Part shown: piece by piece, positions 18,894 through 28,479 of the stretch
Numbering within the stretch: position 1 is the stretch's first letter
Layout: each line of letters opens with the position of its first letter
DNA from: Burkholderiales bacterium PBB3
GTDB lineage: Bacteria > Pseudomonadota > Gammaproteobacteria > Burkholderiales > Burkholderiaceae_C
Length of the DNA stretch: 64,000 nt
Reading direction: 5' to 3'
Assembly (NCBI GenBank): GCA_002256115.1
Contig: NKIK01000003.1
Location: 194,280-258,279 of the forward strand
Notes under the pieces: model-generated
Database searches by the model: none
What the model saw: the letters and a program-made list of their open reading frames with translations, nothing else
Told to the model about the DNA's origin: nothing
Made by a program: the position numbers and the translations under genes

Positions 18894-20588
18894 TTGCAAC
18901 CCCTTCTAATCAACCAACCCTCCCTCCAAGGCATGTGCCCCATAGCCGAGGCCGTGGATCGGCTCGCCCATGACTCAGATGGCGGTGAACGCGGGGCCGT
19001 TTTCACCCGGCGCGAGGTGGTTGATTTCATGTTGGACTTGGCGGGCTACACACCAGATCGTCCCTTGCACCAGCTGCGACTGTTGGAGCCCTCTTTTGGT
19101 AGCGGGGAGTTTTTGCTGGCGGCGGTAGAGCGGCTGCTAACGGCGTTTCAGGCGGCTGGCAGCGTGGGTGATTTGAGCTCGTGTATTCGGGCCGTGGAGT
19201 TGCACAGCAATACGTTCAATACAACCAAACACATCCTTGAAGTATTGCTTGCGCGCTTCGGCGTCCCCGAGCCAGAAGCCGCCCGCTTGCTAAACACCTG
19301 GCTCATCTCCGGTGACTTTTTACTGTCCCCCCTATCGGGTCAATTTGACTTTGTAATCGGCAACCCACCCTACGTGCGGCAAGAGCTGATACCTGCTGCG
19401 CTGATGCTGGAATATCGCAAGCGCTATGCCACGCTCTACGCCCGGGCCGACCTCTACATTCCTTTTATCGAGCGCTCGCTCGGTCTACTGGCCGACGGCG
19501 GGCAATGCGCGCTGATCTGCGCAGACCGCTGGACCAAAAACCGCTACGGTGCGCCGCTGCGCGCGCTGGTGGCGGGGGGCTTTCATTTGCGAGCCTATGT
19601 GGACATGGTGGACACACCGGCGTTCAGCACGCAGGTCATTGCTTACCCGGCTATCACGTTGATCGCAAAGGCCGCGCCTGGCCCCACGCTGGTGGCCGAG
19701 CGCCCCGCCATAGAGGTTGCCAGCCTCGCACTGCTGGCGCGTGCGCTGCTGCATGGAGTGGCCAACGACTCCCTAGGCATCTCTAGGGTCGATCATGCGA
19801 CCGCAGGCTCGCAGCCTTGGGTGCTGAGTTCTGCGCCCAAGCGCGCGCTGTTGCGCCGACTAGAGGAGCAATTTCCGCTACTGGAAGACGCGGGTTGCAA
19901 GGTAGGCATTGGCGTTGCTACTGGGGCCGACAAGGCTTTCATCGCCAAGATGGATGCACTGGACGTAGAGCCGTTTCGCAAATTGCCACTGGCAACCACT
20001 AAGGACATTGCCAGCGGCCAGGTGCATTGGTTAGGGCTGTGCGTTATCAACCCGTTTGAGGACGATGGCAAGCTGGCAAACTTAGACCATTACCCCAAGC
20101 TGCGCGCCTACCTGGAATCGCATCGCACCTTGATTGCAGGACGGCATGTTGCCAAAAAATCACCCGCCAACTGGTACCGCACCATTGACCGCATCACACC
20201 CGCATTGGCGGCACGCCCCAAGCTGCTGATACCAGATATCAAAGGCTCGGCCCATGTGGTTTATGAGCCCGGCGGTCTTTACCCGCACCACAATTTGTAT
20301 TACGTCGAATCCAACGAATGGGATTTGCGGGCGCTGCAAGCGGTGTTGCTGTCTAGCGTGGCGCGGCAGTTTGTCGCCGCGTATTCAACGACCATGCGGG
20401 GTGGCTATCTGCGGTTTCAGGCGCAATACCTGCGCCGCATTCGATTGCCATCATGGTCGGCGGTGCCCCTAGCCATGCGCGAGCGACTGGTGCGGGCGGC
20501 TGTCGCTTTTGATTTGCCCGAATGCGACCGGGCTGCAGCGGAGCTGTATGGCCTGACTGAAGATGAATCTGCCATGCTGGCGCAATAG
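18894..20588 (+). CDS. Type II N6-adenine DNA methyltransferase (gamma-class, NPPY), M.PaeR7I/XhoI-like
   Basis: Motif [19 protein letters not shown]-binding [10 protein letters not shown], 564 aa, followed 27 bp later by the putative endonuclease. Confidence 0.75.
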   Translation: MQPLLINQPSLQGMCPIAEAVDRLAHDSDGGERGAVFTRREVVDFMLDLAGYTPDRPLHQLRLLEPSFGSGEFLLAAVERLLTAFQAAGSVGDLSSCIRAVELHSNTFNTTKHILEVLLARFGVPEPEAARLLNTWLISGDFLLSPLSGQFDFVIGNPPYVRQELIPAALMLEYRKRYATLYARADLYIPFIERSLGLLADGGQCALICADRWTKNRYGAPLRALVAGGFHLRAYVDMVDTPAFSTQVIAYPAITLIAKAAPGPTLVAERPAIEVASLALLARALLHGVANDSLGISRVDHATAGSQPWVLSSAPKRALLRRLEEQFPLLEDAGCKVGIGVATGADKAFIAKMDALDVEPFRKLPLATTKDIASGQVHWLGLCVINPFEDDGKLANLDHYPKLRAYLESHRTLIAGRHVAKKSPANWYRTIDRITPALAARPKLLIPDIKGSAHVVYEPGGLYPHHNLYYVESNEWDLRALQAVLLSSVARQFVAAYSTTMRGGYLRFQAQYLRRIRLPSWSAVPLAMRERLVRAAVAFDLPECDRAAAELYGLTEDESAMLAQ

Positions 20589-20614
20589 AACTCAACTACC
20601 AAGAGAAAAAGTCA

Positions 20615-21349
20615 ATGGCACTGGATCTGAGTGACTACGAGAACAAAACCCGAGAGGCCATCAAAACCTTTTGGCAATCCCGCGCCGATGCCACCCAAAA
20701 GCAGAAAGACTCGGGCAAAACCGACCAAGGTGAGCGTGCCGGAGTAACCGGCGGCAAGAACATGGACGGCTTTGTCAATTTGATGATTGATATCGTCAAG
20801 GCCAATGGCCTGCCCCATGCCCAAGTTCACCAGAACCGAGCGATGCTTAGCTTGCCGGGTTACTTGCGCCCCACAAAGCTATGGGATTTGCTGGTGATGA
20901 ACGACGGGTATCTGGTTGCCGCGCTGGAGTTCAAAAGCAATGTCGGCCCCTCGTTTAGCAACAACTTCAACAACCGCACCGAAGAAGCTATCGGCACCTC
21001 GCATGATTTGTGGACTGCCTACCGCGAAGGCGCGTTCGGCAAGCAAACCCGACCGTTCGTGGGCTGGCTGATGGTGGTGGAAGACGCACCCGCTTCACGT
21101 GCTCCGGTCAATGGCAACTCCCCTCATTTCCCGGTGTTTAAAGAATTCATTGGTGCCTCTTATCAAAAGCGCTACGACATCCTGTGCCAGCGCCTGGCGC
21201 TGGAGCAGCTCTACAGCGCCGCAGCGGTCATAGCCACGCCGCGCTCAGCGGTTGCCAACGGTGCTTTCACAGAACTCTCATCCATGACAAGTCTCCGATC
21301 TTTTGTGGCCTCATTGGCCGGGCATATTGCCGCCGAGGCAGCGCGCTGA
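20615..21349 (+). CDS. Putative Type II restriction endonuclease (PaeR7I/XhoI family), cognate to the upstream methyltransferase
   Basis: A 244-aa ORF immediately downstream of the MTase, matching the M-then-R order and sizes of paeR7I (M 532 aa, R 246 aa). Family assignment is from memory, not a search. Confidence 0.5.
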   Translation: MALDLSDYENKTREAIKTFWQSRADATQKQKDSGKTDQGERAGVTGGKNMDGFVNLMIDIVKANGLPHAQVHQNRAMLSLPGYLRPTKLWDLLVMNDGYLVAALEFKSNVGPSFSNNFNNRTEEAIGTSHDLWTAYREGAFGKQTRPFVGWLMVVEDAPASRAPVNGNSPHFPVFKEFIGASYQKRYDILCQRLALEQLYSAAAVIATPRSAVANGAFTELSSMTSLRSFVASLAGHIAAEAAR

Positions 21350-21513
21350 ATCGATATATTTCTCCCGCTACGGGTTAACCCCATATAGCCAAGCTCTGGC
21401 GCTGCACAAAATCATTTCGAATTAATCTGAAGCCTGTTGCCTTACCCCAGCAAGGCCCGGTCGATATGTTTTCAGGTTGGTTTGCTGTCACCTCAACCCA
21501 CCTCGGAGAAACC

Positions 21514-22281
21514 ATGAAAACACTGTTATTGGCCGCAACGCTGTTGACCACGGCCCTGACTTGCGCTTGGGCAGACGACAAAGCCGCCGCCGCCCACGGT
21601 ACCGCCCCGCATTGGAGCTACACCGGCCCAGCGGGTGCCATCAAATGGGGGGAGCTGCAAAAGGACTTTGCCACCTGCAAATTGGGCACCAAACAGTCAC
21701 CCATTGACATCAAAGGCGCGGCCAAAGGTAATCTGCCTGCCATCGGCTTCAACTATGGGCAAACCACCGCAGAAGTCGTCAACAACGGCCACACCATTCA
21801 GGTGAACTTGGCCGGTGGCGGTGATGTGAAAGTCGCCAGCGGCGGCTACAAGCTGCTGCAGTTCCACTTTCATACACCCAGCGAAGAAAAGATCAATGGC
21901 AAGCCCTACCCCATGGTGGCCCACCTGGTGCACAAGAGCGACGCGGGCAAGCTGGCGGTGGTCGCTGTGCTCTTCAAAGAAGGCAAAAAGAATGAGGTGC
22001 TAGAGAAAGTGTTTGCCGCCATGCCCGCCAAAGCCGATGGCAAGGTCGAACTGGCGGGCGGCGTGAATGTGGCGAATTTGTTGCCCACCAAGCGCGCGTA
22101 CTGGGCATTTGAAGGCTCTCTGACCACCCCGCCTTGCAGCGAAGAGGTGCAATGGCATGTGCTCAAAGACCCGGTAGAGATGTCCAAAACCCAGCTCGCG
22201 GCCTTCAAGAAGCTCTACCCCATGAACGCCCGCCCGGTGCAGCCGCTCAATGGCCGCAGCCTGCAGGAAAGCGCCTCCTGA
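21514..22281 (+). CDS. Alpha-class carbonic anhydrase, periplasmic. Start at ATG 21514 with a signal peptide MKTLLLAATLLTTALTCAWA.
   Basis: Motifs SPIDI, QFHFHTPSEE and SLTTPPCSE are alpha-CA signatures. Confidence 0.85.
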   Translation: MKTLLLAATLLTTALTCAWADDKAAAAHGTAPHWSYTGPAGAIKWGELQKDFATCKLGTKQSPIDIKGAAKGNLPAIGFNYGQTTAEVVNNGHTIQVNLAGGGDVKVASGGYKLLQFHFHTPSEEKINGKPYPMVAHLVHKSDAGKLAVVAVLFKEGKKNEVLEKVFAAMPAKADGKVELAGGVNVANLLPTKRAYWAFEGSLTTPPCSEEVQWHVLKDPVEMSKTQLAAFKKLYPMNARPVQPLNGRSLQESAS

Positions 22282-22376
22282 AGGCGTAAGCATTACGGCC
22301 ACCGCTGCACGCCGGGGACGGCGGCGGTGGCCGGGGCATTCGGGTCTATGATTACCAAAAACCAACCGAGAATCCC

Positions 22377-23327
22377 ATGTTTTTTAAGGCACTTTGCCAT
22401 TGGGCCACCCCCCTTAGGCGCACCCTGTTCACACGGGCGGCGCTGCTTACGAGTTTGGCAGCGCTGTCGGCACACGGCGCATTCGCTGCAGACAGTAGCC
22501 CGAATGCTGCTGACTATGATGGCAAAGCCATCGACCGGATTGCCCCGCGTTTTGTGTTGTCGGCCCAGCGCCCGCTCTGGCCCAATGCCCAGATTAATTA
22601 CTACTACAACCCCCAAGACCAACCGGCCGGCATTAGCACCGCCGACATGGAAGGCCTGCTGCGCAGCGCCGCGCGTAAGTGGGAAAACGTCTGCAATGTG
22701 CGGTTTAACTACCTGGGCACCACCGCCGTGCGGCCCAACCTGGCCGCCACCTTTGAGACCACAGACCGCGTAAATGTGGTGGGCTGGGAATTGCTCACGG
22801 GTAGCCAGGCACAGTTCTCGGGCTATGTGTCGTGGTGGTACCAAAACCAGGGCAACGCCATGATTGATGCGGACATGTTCCTCAACATCAGCGGCGGTGC
22901 GCAGTTTGCCCGCAACAAGCCCGGCCTGGGTGCGCTGCTGACGCACGAGATGGGGCACATGCTGGCCATCAGCCACTCCAATGTGCAACAGTCCGTGATG
23001 TTTGCTGAGCCCTACAACGACTTCACCTACCAAGCCACCCTGCGTGGCGACGACGCGGCCGCATGTACCACCATGTATGGTCCCAGCGCAAAAATCGACG
23101 CCAACCGTATCTTTAACTGGACCGAGCAAACCTTCACCCAGTTTTTAAGCCCCGTGGGCTCTACGTCACAAGACCTAGAGGGCTACCACTACCGCTTTTA
23201 CCCTAGCACCAACAGCTACATCGCCGAACGCAATGGGGTTTTGTACTACCTGCCCGTGGGGGGCAGTGTCATCACGCTGGGCACCGTAACGCAGTTCATG
23301 CCATCGGCATCCGGCGCAGGCTTTTGA
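22377..23327 (+). CDS. Secreted zinc metalloprotease (metzincin-type)
   Basis: Signal peptide and HEMGHMLAISH, which fits HExxHxxxxxH. Confidence 0.7.
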   Translation: MFFKALCHWATPLRRTLFTRAALLTSLAALSAHGAFAADSSPNAADYDGKAIDRIAPRFVLSAQRPLWPNAQINYYYNPQDQPAGISTADMEGLLRSAARKWENVCNVRFNYLGTTAVRPNLAATFETTDRVNVVGWELLTGSQAQFSGYVSWWYQNQGNAMIDADMFLNISGGAQFARNKPGLGALLTHEMGHMLAISHSNVQQSVMFAEPYNDFTYQATLRGDDAAACTTMYGPSAKIDANRIFNWTEQTFTQFLSPVGSTSQDLEGYHYRFYPSTNSYIAERNGVLYYLPVGGSVITLGTVTQFMPSASGAGF

Positions 23328-23436
23328 CCGGCGGCGACACACTCTGCGGTTAGCATGGCAGCACGCCTGACGCACGCGCAGGCGCTCTCGGAAACAGTAG
23401 TAAGTAGCAATCATCAGCAACCAACCAGGAAATACC

Positions 23437-23841
23437 ATGAGCATTTTTAGCAGCATCCTCTCCAAACTCGGCTTTGGCGACAAAAAGGACGACGCAGCCG
23501 CAGTGGCCCCCGCACCGGCGGCGGATACCCCTGTGACCTCGATTGCACCCGTGGCCCCTGCCGCACCCGTCGCTATCAGCGAGGTCGATGTGGTCGCCAA
23601 GCTGACCGCTCTGGCCGCAGCCCATGCCGAAAAATTGAACTGGAAGACCTCCATCGTCGATTTGATGAAGCTCTTGGGCCTGGACAGCAGCCTGGCCGTG
23701 CGCAAAGAATTGGCCACCGAACTGGGCTGCCCCGCAGAGAAGATGGGCGACTCCGCCCAAATGAATATGTGGCTGCACAAAACAGTGCTGCAAAAGCTGG
23801 CAGCCAACGGCGGCAATATCCCAGCGGATATGTTGGACTGA
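23437..23841 (+). CDS. DUF3597-like small protein (Ala/Pro-rich linker plus conserved C-terminal domain)
   Basis: A 134-aa ORF with an N-terminal MSIFSSILSKLGFG motif. Confidence 0.55.
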   Translation: MSIFSSILSKLGFGDKKDDAAAVAPAPAADTPVTSIAPVAPAAPVAISEVDVVAKLTALAAAHAEKLNWKTSIVDLMKLLGLDSSLAVRKELATELGCPAEKMGDSAQMNMWLHKTVLQKLAANGGNIPADMLD

Positions 23842-23849
23842 GCACCTCC

Positions 23850-24431
23850 ATGCCCGCAGACCTTTTGCGCAGGGCCACGCCGTGGCACAAGGTCTGCGGT
23901 GTCTCTGGGGCCTTGCGCGCCAGCGCCGCCTGCACGCTTGGCGTGGCGCTGATCAGCCTGGTGGGCTGCGCCAGCGCCCCCAGCCTCAACCAAACCCCCT
24001 CCCCCAACAGCGGCACCACAGCCGCCAATGTGCCCAACCCCGTAGGCAAGCTCACCCCCGGCCAGGCCCAGGATGTGACCCTGTACGCCATGACCCTGGT
24101 GGGCACGCCCTACCGCTATGGTGGCAACACGCCCGAGGGCGGCTTTGACTGTAGTGGGCTGATTGGCCATGTGTACCAAACCAATGCCGGTCTGCAGCCC
24201 CCGCGCACTACGGCCAAGCTTCAGTTTTGGGGCAATGCGGTGGCCTTGGAGCAGGTGCGGATGGGGGATTTGGTCGTTTTTTTGAATAGCAACAACACGG
24301 CGAACCACGCGGGTATTTACGTGGGTAGTAATCGCTTTGTGCATGCGCCGTCCACGGGCGGGGTAGTGCGGCTGGATTCCTTGGCTGGCAAGCATTGGGC
24401 TGCGCAGACAGTGGTGGTGCGTCGGCCTTAG
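23850..24431 (+). CDS. NlpC/P60 (C40) family lipoprotein peptidoglycan hydrolase. Start at ATG 23850.
   Basis: Lipobox LVGCAS and catalytic Cys context GFDCSGLIGHVYQ. Confidence 0.8.
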   Translation: MPADLLRRATPWHKVCGVSGALRASAACTLGVALISLVGCASAPSLNQTPSPNSGTTAANVPNPVGKLTPGQAQDVTLYAMTLVGTPYRYGGNTPEGGFDCSGLIGHVYQTNAGLQPPRTTAKLQFWGNAVALEQVRMGDLVVFLNSNNTANHAGIYVGSNRFVHAPSTGGVVRLDSLAGKHWAAQTVVVRRP

Positions 24432-24626
24432 TTTCGACAAGTGCGCCCGAAGAGCGCGGGCTCGGTGTTGGTGCTGGTGCTGGTCCGCACTGAATACCGT
24501 GCGGAAATTATTTCAAACGCGCGCTGTCGCATTTCACGCCGGAGTCAGGGGCGCGGCAGGTCTGTCGCCGTACTATATCGGGCATGCGTTGTGCGCTCCC
24601 CAAAAACACCCTGAGACACCCCCACC

Positions 24627-25772
24627 ATGACTGTCATTACCACCATTGAAGACCTGCGCGTATTGGCCGAAAAACGCGTGCCACGCATGTTCTATGACTA
24701 CGCCGATTCGGGCTCGTGGACAGAATCGACCTACCGCGCCAATGAGAGCGATTTTCAGAAGATCAAGCTGCGCCAGCGCGTGGCGGTGAACATGGAAAAC
24801 CGCAGCACCGCCACCAAAATGATTGGCATCGACGCCAAGATGCCGGTGGCCATCGCGCCCGTGGGCTTATGCGGCATGCAAAATGCCGATGGTGAAATCA
24901 AGGCAGCCAAGGCGGCCGAGAAATTTGGTATTCCGTTCACGCTGTCGACCATGAGCATTTGCTCGATTGAAGACATTGCCGAGAACACTACAGCGCCCTT
25001 CTGGTTTCAGCTGTACATGATGCGGGACCGCGGTGCCATGGTGAAGATGATTGAACGCGCCCGCGCGGCGCGCTGCAGTGCACTGGTGCTGACGCTGGAC
25101 TTGCAGGTGATTGGCCAGCGGCACAAGGATTTGAAGAACGGACTGACCGCACCGCCTAAGCCGACACTGGCCAACATCATCAACCTGATGACCAAGCCGC
25201 GCTGGTGCCTCGGCATGGCGGGCACCAAGCGCCACACGTTCCGCAATCTGGTCGGGCATGTGGAGGCAGTAAGCAATATGTCGTCGCTGGCGTCGTGGAC
25301 CAATGAGCAGTTTGACCCGCGCCTGTCGTGGTCCGATGTGGCTTGGGTCAAAGAGAAATGGGGCGGCAAGCTGATTCTCAAAGGCATTCAGGATTTGGAA
25401 GACGCGCACCTGGCCGTGGCCAGCGGAGCCGATGCGATTGTGGTCAGCAACCACGGCGGTCGCCAACTGGATGGCGCGCCCAGCAGCATCAGCGCGCTGC
25501 CCGAGATTGCGCAGGCCGTGGGCGACAAGATCGAAGTGTGGATGGATGGCGGCATTCGCAGCGGCCAAGACGTGCTGAAGGCCTGGGCTCTGGGTGCCAA
25601 GGGCACGATGATTGGCCGCGCCATGGTCTACGGCCTGGGTGCGATGGGCGAGGCGGGTGTGACCAAGGCACTGCAGATCATCCACAAAGAGCTAGACATC
25701 ACCATGGCCTTTTGCGGCCACACCAATATTCAAACCGTGGACAAAGGCATCCTGATTGCGGGCACTTACTGA
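24627..25772 (+). CDS. lldD: FMN-dependent L-lactate dehydrogenase
   Basis: MTVITTIEDLRVLAEKRVPRMFYDYADSGS is an alpha-hydroxy-acid oxidase family motif; 381 aa. Confidence 0.9.
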   Translation: MTVITTIEDLRVLAEKRVPRMFYDYADSGSWTESTYRANESDFQKIKLRQRVAVNMENRSTATKMIGIDAKMPVAIAPVGLCGMQNADGEIKAAKAAEKFGIPFTLSTMSICSIEDIAENTTAPFWFQLYMMRDRGAMVKMIERARAARCSALVLTLDLQVIGQRHKDLKNGLTAPPKPTLANIINLMTKPRWCLGMAGTKRHTFRNLVGHVEAVSNMSSLASWTNEQFDPRLSWSDVAWVKEKWGGKLILKGIQDLEDAHLAVASGADAIVVSNHGGRQLDGAPSSISALPEIAQAVGDKIEVWMDGGIRSGQDVLKAWALGAKGTMIGRAMVYGLGAMGEAGVTKALQIIHKELDITMAFCGHTNIQTVDKGILIAGTY

Positions 25773-25784
25773 TCGACCGGCCCC

Positions 25785-26309
25785 ATGAACCCTGAAAACT
25801 CCCCCGCTTCCTCAACACCGCCCCAAGGCGTGAGCCCCTGGTGGCGTGCGGGCGCGTACGCACTGTTGGTCGTGCTGGCCACCGGCATTGCCACCACCAT
25901 GAGTTTGTTCGCGCAATTTCAGACGCAGATCGCACATCTGCAAAACCAGCTCACACAAACCGCGCAGATCGCCCACATTGCCGTGCTGCTGGATGACAAA
26001 GCGGCCCCGGCCCTGCTGGTGACTTTTGCGCCGCAAGAAGGGGCTTTGCAATTGCAGCGGCTCAATGCCGTGAAGGAAGGCCGCGAGGACAGCATGCAGC
26101 TCTGGGCGCTGCGCGCGGGTGCTGCACCACAGTCCTTGGGCGTTATCACCAGCAAAGCCGCCACGCTGCGTTTGCCTGCTGCGGCCACGGCACTGCAGGG
26201 CATCGACCAATTGGCCATCAGCGTGGAAGACAGGGGCGGTGTAGACCCGGCGCGTGGGCCGCGTTTGCCGTATCTGTTTCAGGGTGCGTTGGTGAGGAAG
26301 GCTTTGTAG
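25785..26309 (+). CDS. Hypothetical membrane-anchored protein (possibly anti-sigma-factor-like)
   Basis: A single TM helix after a Pro-rich N-terminus. No diagnostic motif. Confidence 0.4.
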   Translation: MNPENSPASSTPPQGVSPWWRAGAYALLVVLATGIATTMSLFAQFQTQIAHLQNQLTQTAQIAHIAVLLDDKAAPALLVTFAPQEGALQLQRLNAVKEGREDSMQLWALRAGAAPQSLGVITSKAATLRLPAAATALQGIDQLAISVEDRGGVDPARGPRLPYLFQGALVRKAL

Positions 26310-26459
26310 TTCTGGAGCTAGGTATATGCGCAGGAGCCTGGTCGGCAAAGCGCTCTGCTCCGTGTCCCCCGCCCGCTTCGCGGGCTCCTCCTTTTACCTA
26401 CGCAGAACACTCTGCCGCCCAAGCTCCCGGGGCCGCGCAGCGCGGGGCGCTAGTTGTGT

Positions 26460-27140
26460 CTATTTGCTTAAGTGCAACACGTAGCGGCTGCCCAATCGGG
26501 CCTTAAAGATTTTGGCCAACTCGCCATTCCTCTGCAGCTCCGCCAGGCCGCGCACCAACTCCTGCCCCAGCTCTGGCTCCAAACCCGGAGACAGCATCAA
26601 CCACACCGGTTTGGATGCCAACACCAAGCGCTGGGCATCTGCAAAACTGGCTTCCAAACCCGTGCTGGACAAGGCATCGAGCAAAGATTCATTTACCGTA
26701 CAAAAGCCATCGATCCGCCGTGCCTGCAACATGCGCACACCTGACTCCTGCGACTGAAGTTCCTGAAACCGCCAGGGCACGGCGCGGTCGTCACTCAGCT
26801 CTTGGCAGCCACCGTTCATGCGGCCCAGCGCCAAGGGTGCCAAATCACCGCGCCCGGCCACCAGCGCAGCCGCACGGGCAAAGGGCACGACCTCCACCCG
26901 TATCACCCGCCCTGTTTGTTGGGACAAGGCTGCCGCAATGTCCGGGTAAATTCCCTGCGGGCGGCCACTGGCGTCTATCCAGCCAAACGGCTTGGCCTGC
27001 AAAACCGGCATAGAGAGCGCACGCTCGGTTGCTAGCAGAGGCGCGCACCATACCAACGCCCAACACGCCAACAAAGCCCGGCGCAGCGCTGCAGCAGTAG
27101 AAACGGCGAAGGGGAATGGCATGGAGACATCGTAGTCCAA
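26460..27140 (-). CDS. Periplasmic solute-binding-protein-like protein (family 3 SBP-like)
   Basis: Signal peptide plus SBP_bac_3-like composition; 226 aa. Weak. Confidence 0.45.
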   Translation of the reverse strand: MDYDVSMPFPFAVSTAAALRRALLACWALVWCAPLLATERALSMPVLQAKPFGWIDASGRPQGIYPDIAAALSQQTGRVIRVEVVPFARAAALVAGRGDLAPLALGRMNGGCQELSDDRAVPWRFQELQSQESGVRMLQARRIDGFCTVNESLLDALSSTGLEASFADAQRLVLASKPVWLMLSPGLEPELGQELVRGLAELQRNGELAKIFKARLGSRYVLHLSK

Positions 27141-27172
27141 TCACGGGGGTCTGGGCTTGCTATCCTTGTCCC

Positions 27173-28471
27173 GTGCCATCGCCCTCCCCCACCATCCGCC
27201 GCATTGCCCACCTGGACATGGACGCGTTTTACGCGTCGGTAGAGCTGCTGCGCTACCCGCAACTCAAAGACCTGCCGGTGGTGATAGGCGGTGGGCGCGC
27301 GAATGTGGCGGCAGCCCTGGAGGTACTGCGCCAGCAAGCCGCAGAAGACGCGCCCGAGCTGGAGTGGGATGCCGCCGCGCAGCGCGCCGCACTGCGCCGC
27401 ATTCCCATCGATGCGTTTGCTCGCCTGGCGGACTACACCGGCCGCGGTGTGATCACCACCGCCACCTATGCCGCGCGCCAGTTTGGTGTGGGCTCGGCCA
27501 TGGGTCTGATGAAGGCCGCCAAGCTGTGCCCGCAGGCCATTCTTTTGCCGGTAGATTTTGAAGAATACCGGCGCTACTCGCGCCTGTTCAAATCCATCAT
27601 CACCGAGATTGCACCGCTGATGGAGGACCGCGGCGTGGACGAGGTCTACATCGACTTCACCGACGTGCCCGGCGGCCAGCGCGAGGGCGGCCGCGTGCTG
27701 GCGCGTCTGATTCAAAAGGCGATTTTGGACGCGACTGGTCTGACTTGCTCAGTGGGCGTGGCACCCAACAAACTGCTGGCCAAGATGGCCAGCGAATTCA
27801 ACAAGCCGCGCGGCATCTCTATCGTGTTTGAGGCCGATGTGCCGACCAAGGTGTGGCCGCTGGCCTGCCGCAAGATCAACGGCATTGGCCCTAAGGCGGA
27901 CGAGAAGCTCAAGCGCTTTGGTATTGAAACGATTGGCCAACTGGCCGAGCGTGATTTGCAGTGGCTGATGGATACCTTTGGCCAGCGCACTGGAGCCTGG
28001 CTGCACGCCGCCAGCCACGGCCAGGACGACCGCCCGGTGGTGACGGAAAGCGAACCCGTGAGCCTGAGCCGCGAGACAACTTTTGAGCGCGACCTGCACG
28101 CCGTGCGCGACCGCGCCGAGCTGGGGGCAGTCTTCACCCGCCTGTGCGAGCAGGTGGCGGCCGACCTGCAGCGCAAGGGCTACGTCGGCAAAACTATCGG
28201 CATCAAGCTGCGCTATGACGATTTCAGCGGCGTGACGCGCGACCTGACGGTGGAGCAGTACACCGACGATGCAAAAACCATCCGCCAACTGGCTGGCCAG
28301 TGCCTGAAACGCGCGCCGCTGCAGAAGAAGCTGCGGCTGCTGGGTGTGCGCGTGGGGGCGCTGGCAAACCGTGCCGACCTCCCTGGATTAATAGCCAAAA
28401 GTGCCTTGCAGGCCGTGGATAGTGCGGGAGCAGCTCCTGAATTAATAGCGGTTAACGGGGAGCTCTTTTAA
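27173..28471 (+). CDS. dinB: DNA polymerase IV (Y-family). Start is uncertain: GTG 27173 or ATG 27116. The C-terminus is extended by an in-frame dispersed-repeat copy.
   Basis: IAHLDMDAFYASVE, with the catalytic DMD at the N-terminus and Y-family palm/fingers motifs. The last roughly 25 aa (..[19 protein letters not shown]) are repeat-encoded. Confidence 0.85.
   Translation: MPSPSPTIRRIAHLDMDAFYASVELLRYPQLKDLPVVIGGGRANVAAALEVLRQQAAEDAPELEWDAAAQRAALRRIPIDAFARLADYTGRGVITTATYAARQFGVGSAMGLMKAAKLCPQAILLPVDFEEYRRYSRLFKSIITEIAPLMEDRGVDEVYIDFTDVPGGQREGGRVLARLIQKAILDATGLTCSVGVAPNKLLAKMASEFNKPRGISIVFEADVPTKVWPLACRKINGIGPKADEKLKRFGIETIGQLAERDLQWLMDTFGQRTGAWLHAASHGQDDRPVVTESEPVSLSRETTFERDLHAVRDRAELGAVFTRLCEQVAADLQRKGYVGKTIGIKLRYDDFSGVTRDLTVEQYTDDAKTIRQLAGQCLKRAPLQKKLRLLGVRVGALANRADLPGLIAKSALQAVDSAGAAPELIAVNGELF
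28384..28470 (-). repeat. Dispersed repeat family copy 5, a long form with internal direct repeats (ctggattaatagc...cctgaattaatagc)
   Basis: Sequence ..gccaaaagtgccttgcagGCCGTGGATAGTGCGGGAGCAGCTCCtgaattaatagcggttaacgggg. Confidence 0.85.
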
Positions 28472-28479
28472 AAACCCGC

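Noticed and set aside
21340-21400. A possible twelfth, highly degenerate repeat copy (atatatttCTCCCGCtacgggttaacccc) after the putative REase
   Set aside because: Only a 7-nt core plus loose similarity to the tail motif (ggttaacgggg). Too weak to call.
24440-24626. A GC-rich hairpin and GGTGCTGGTGCTGG tandem upstream of lldD, as a possible riboswitch or terminator
   Set aside because: No T-tract follows the hairpin and no recognisable riboswitch consensus is present. Probably a leader or promoter region.
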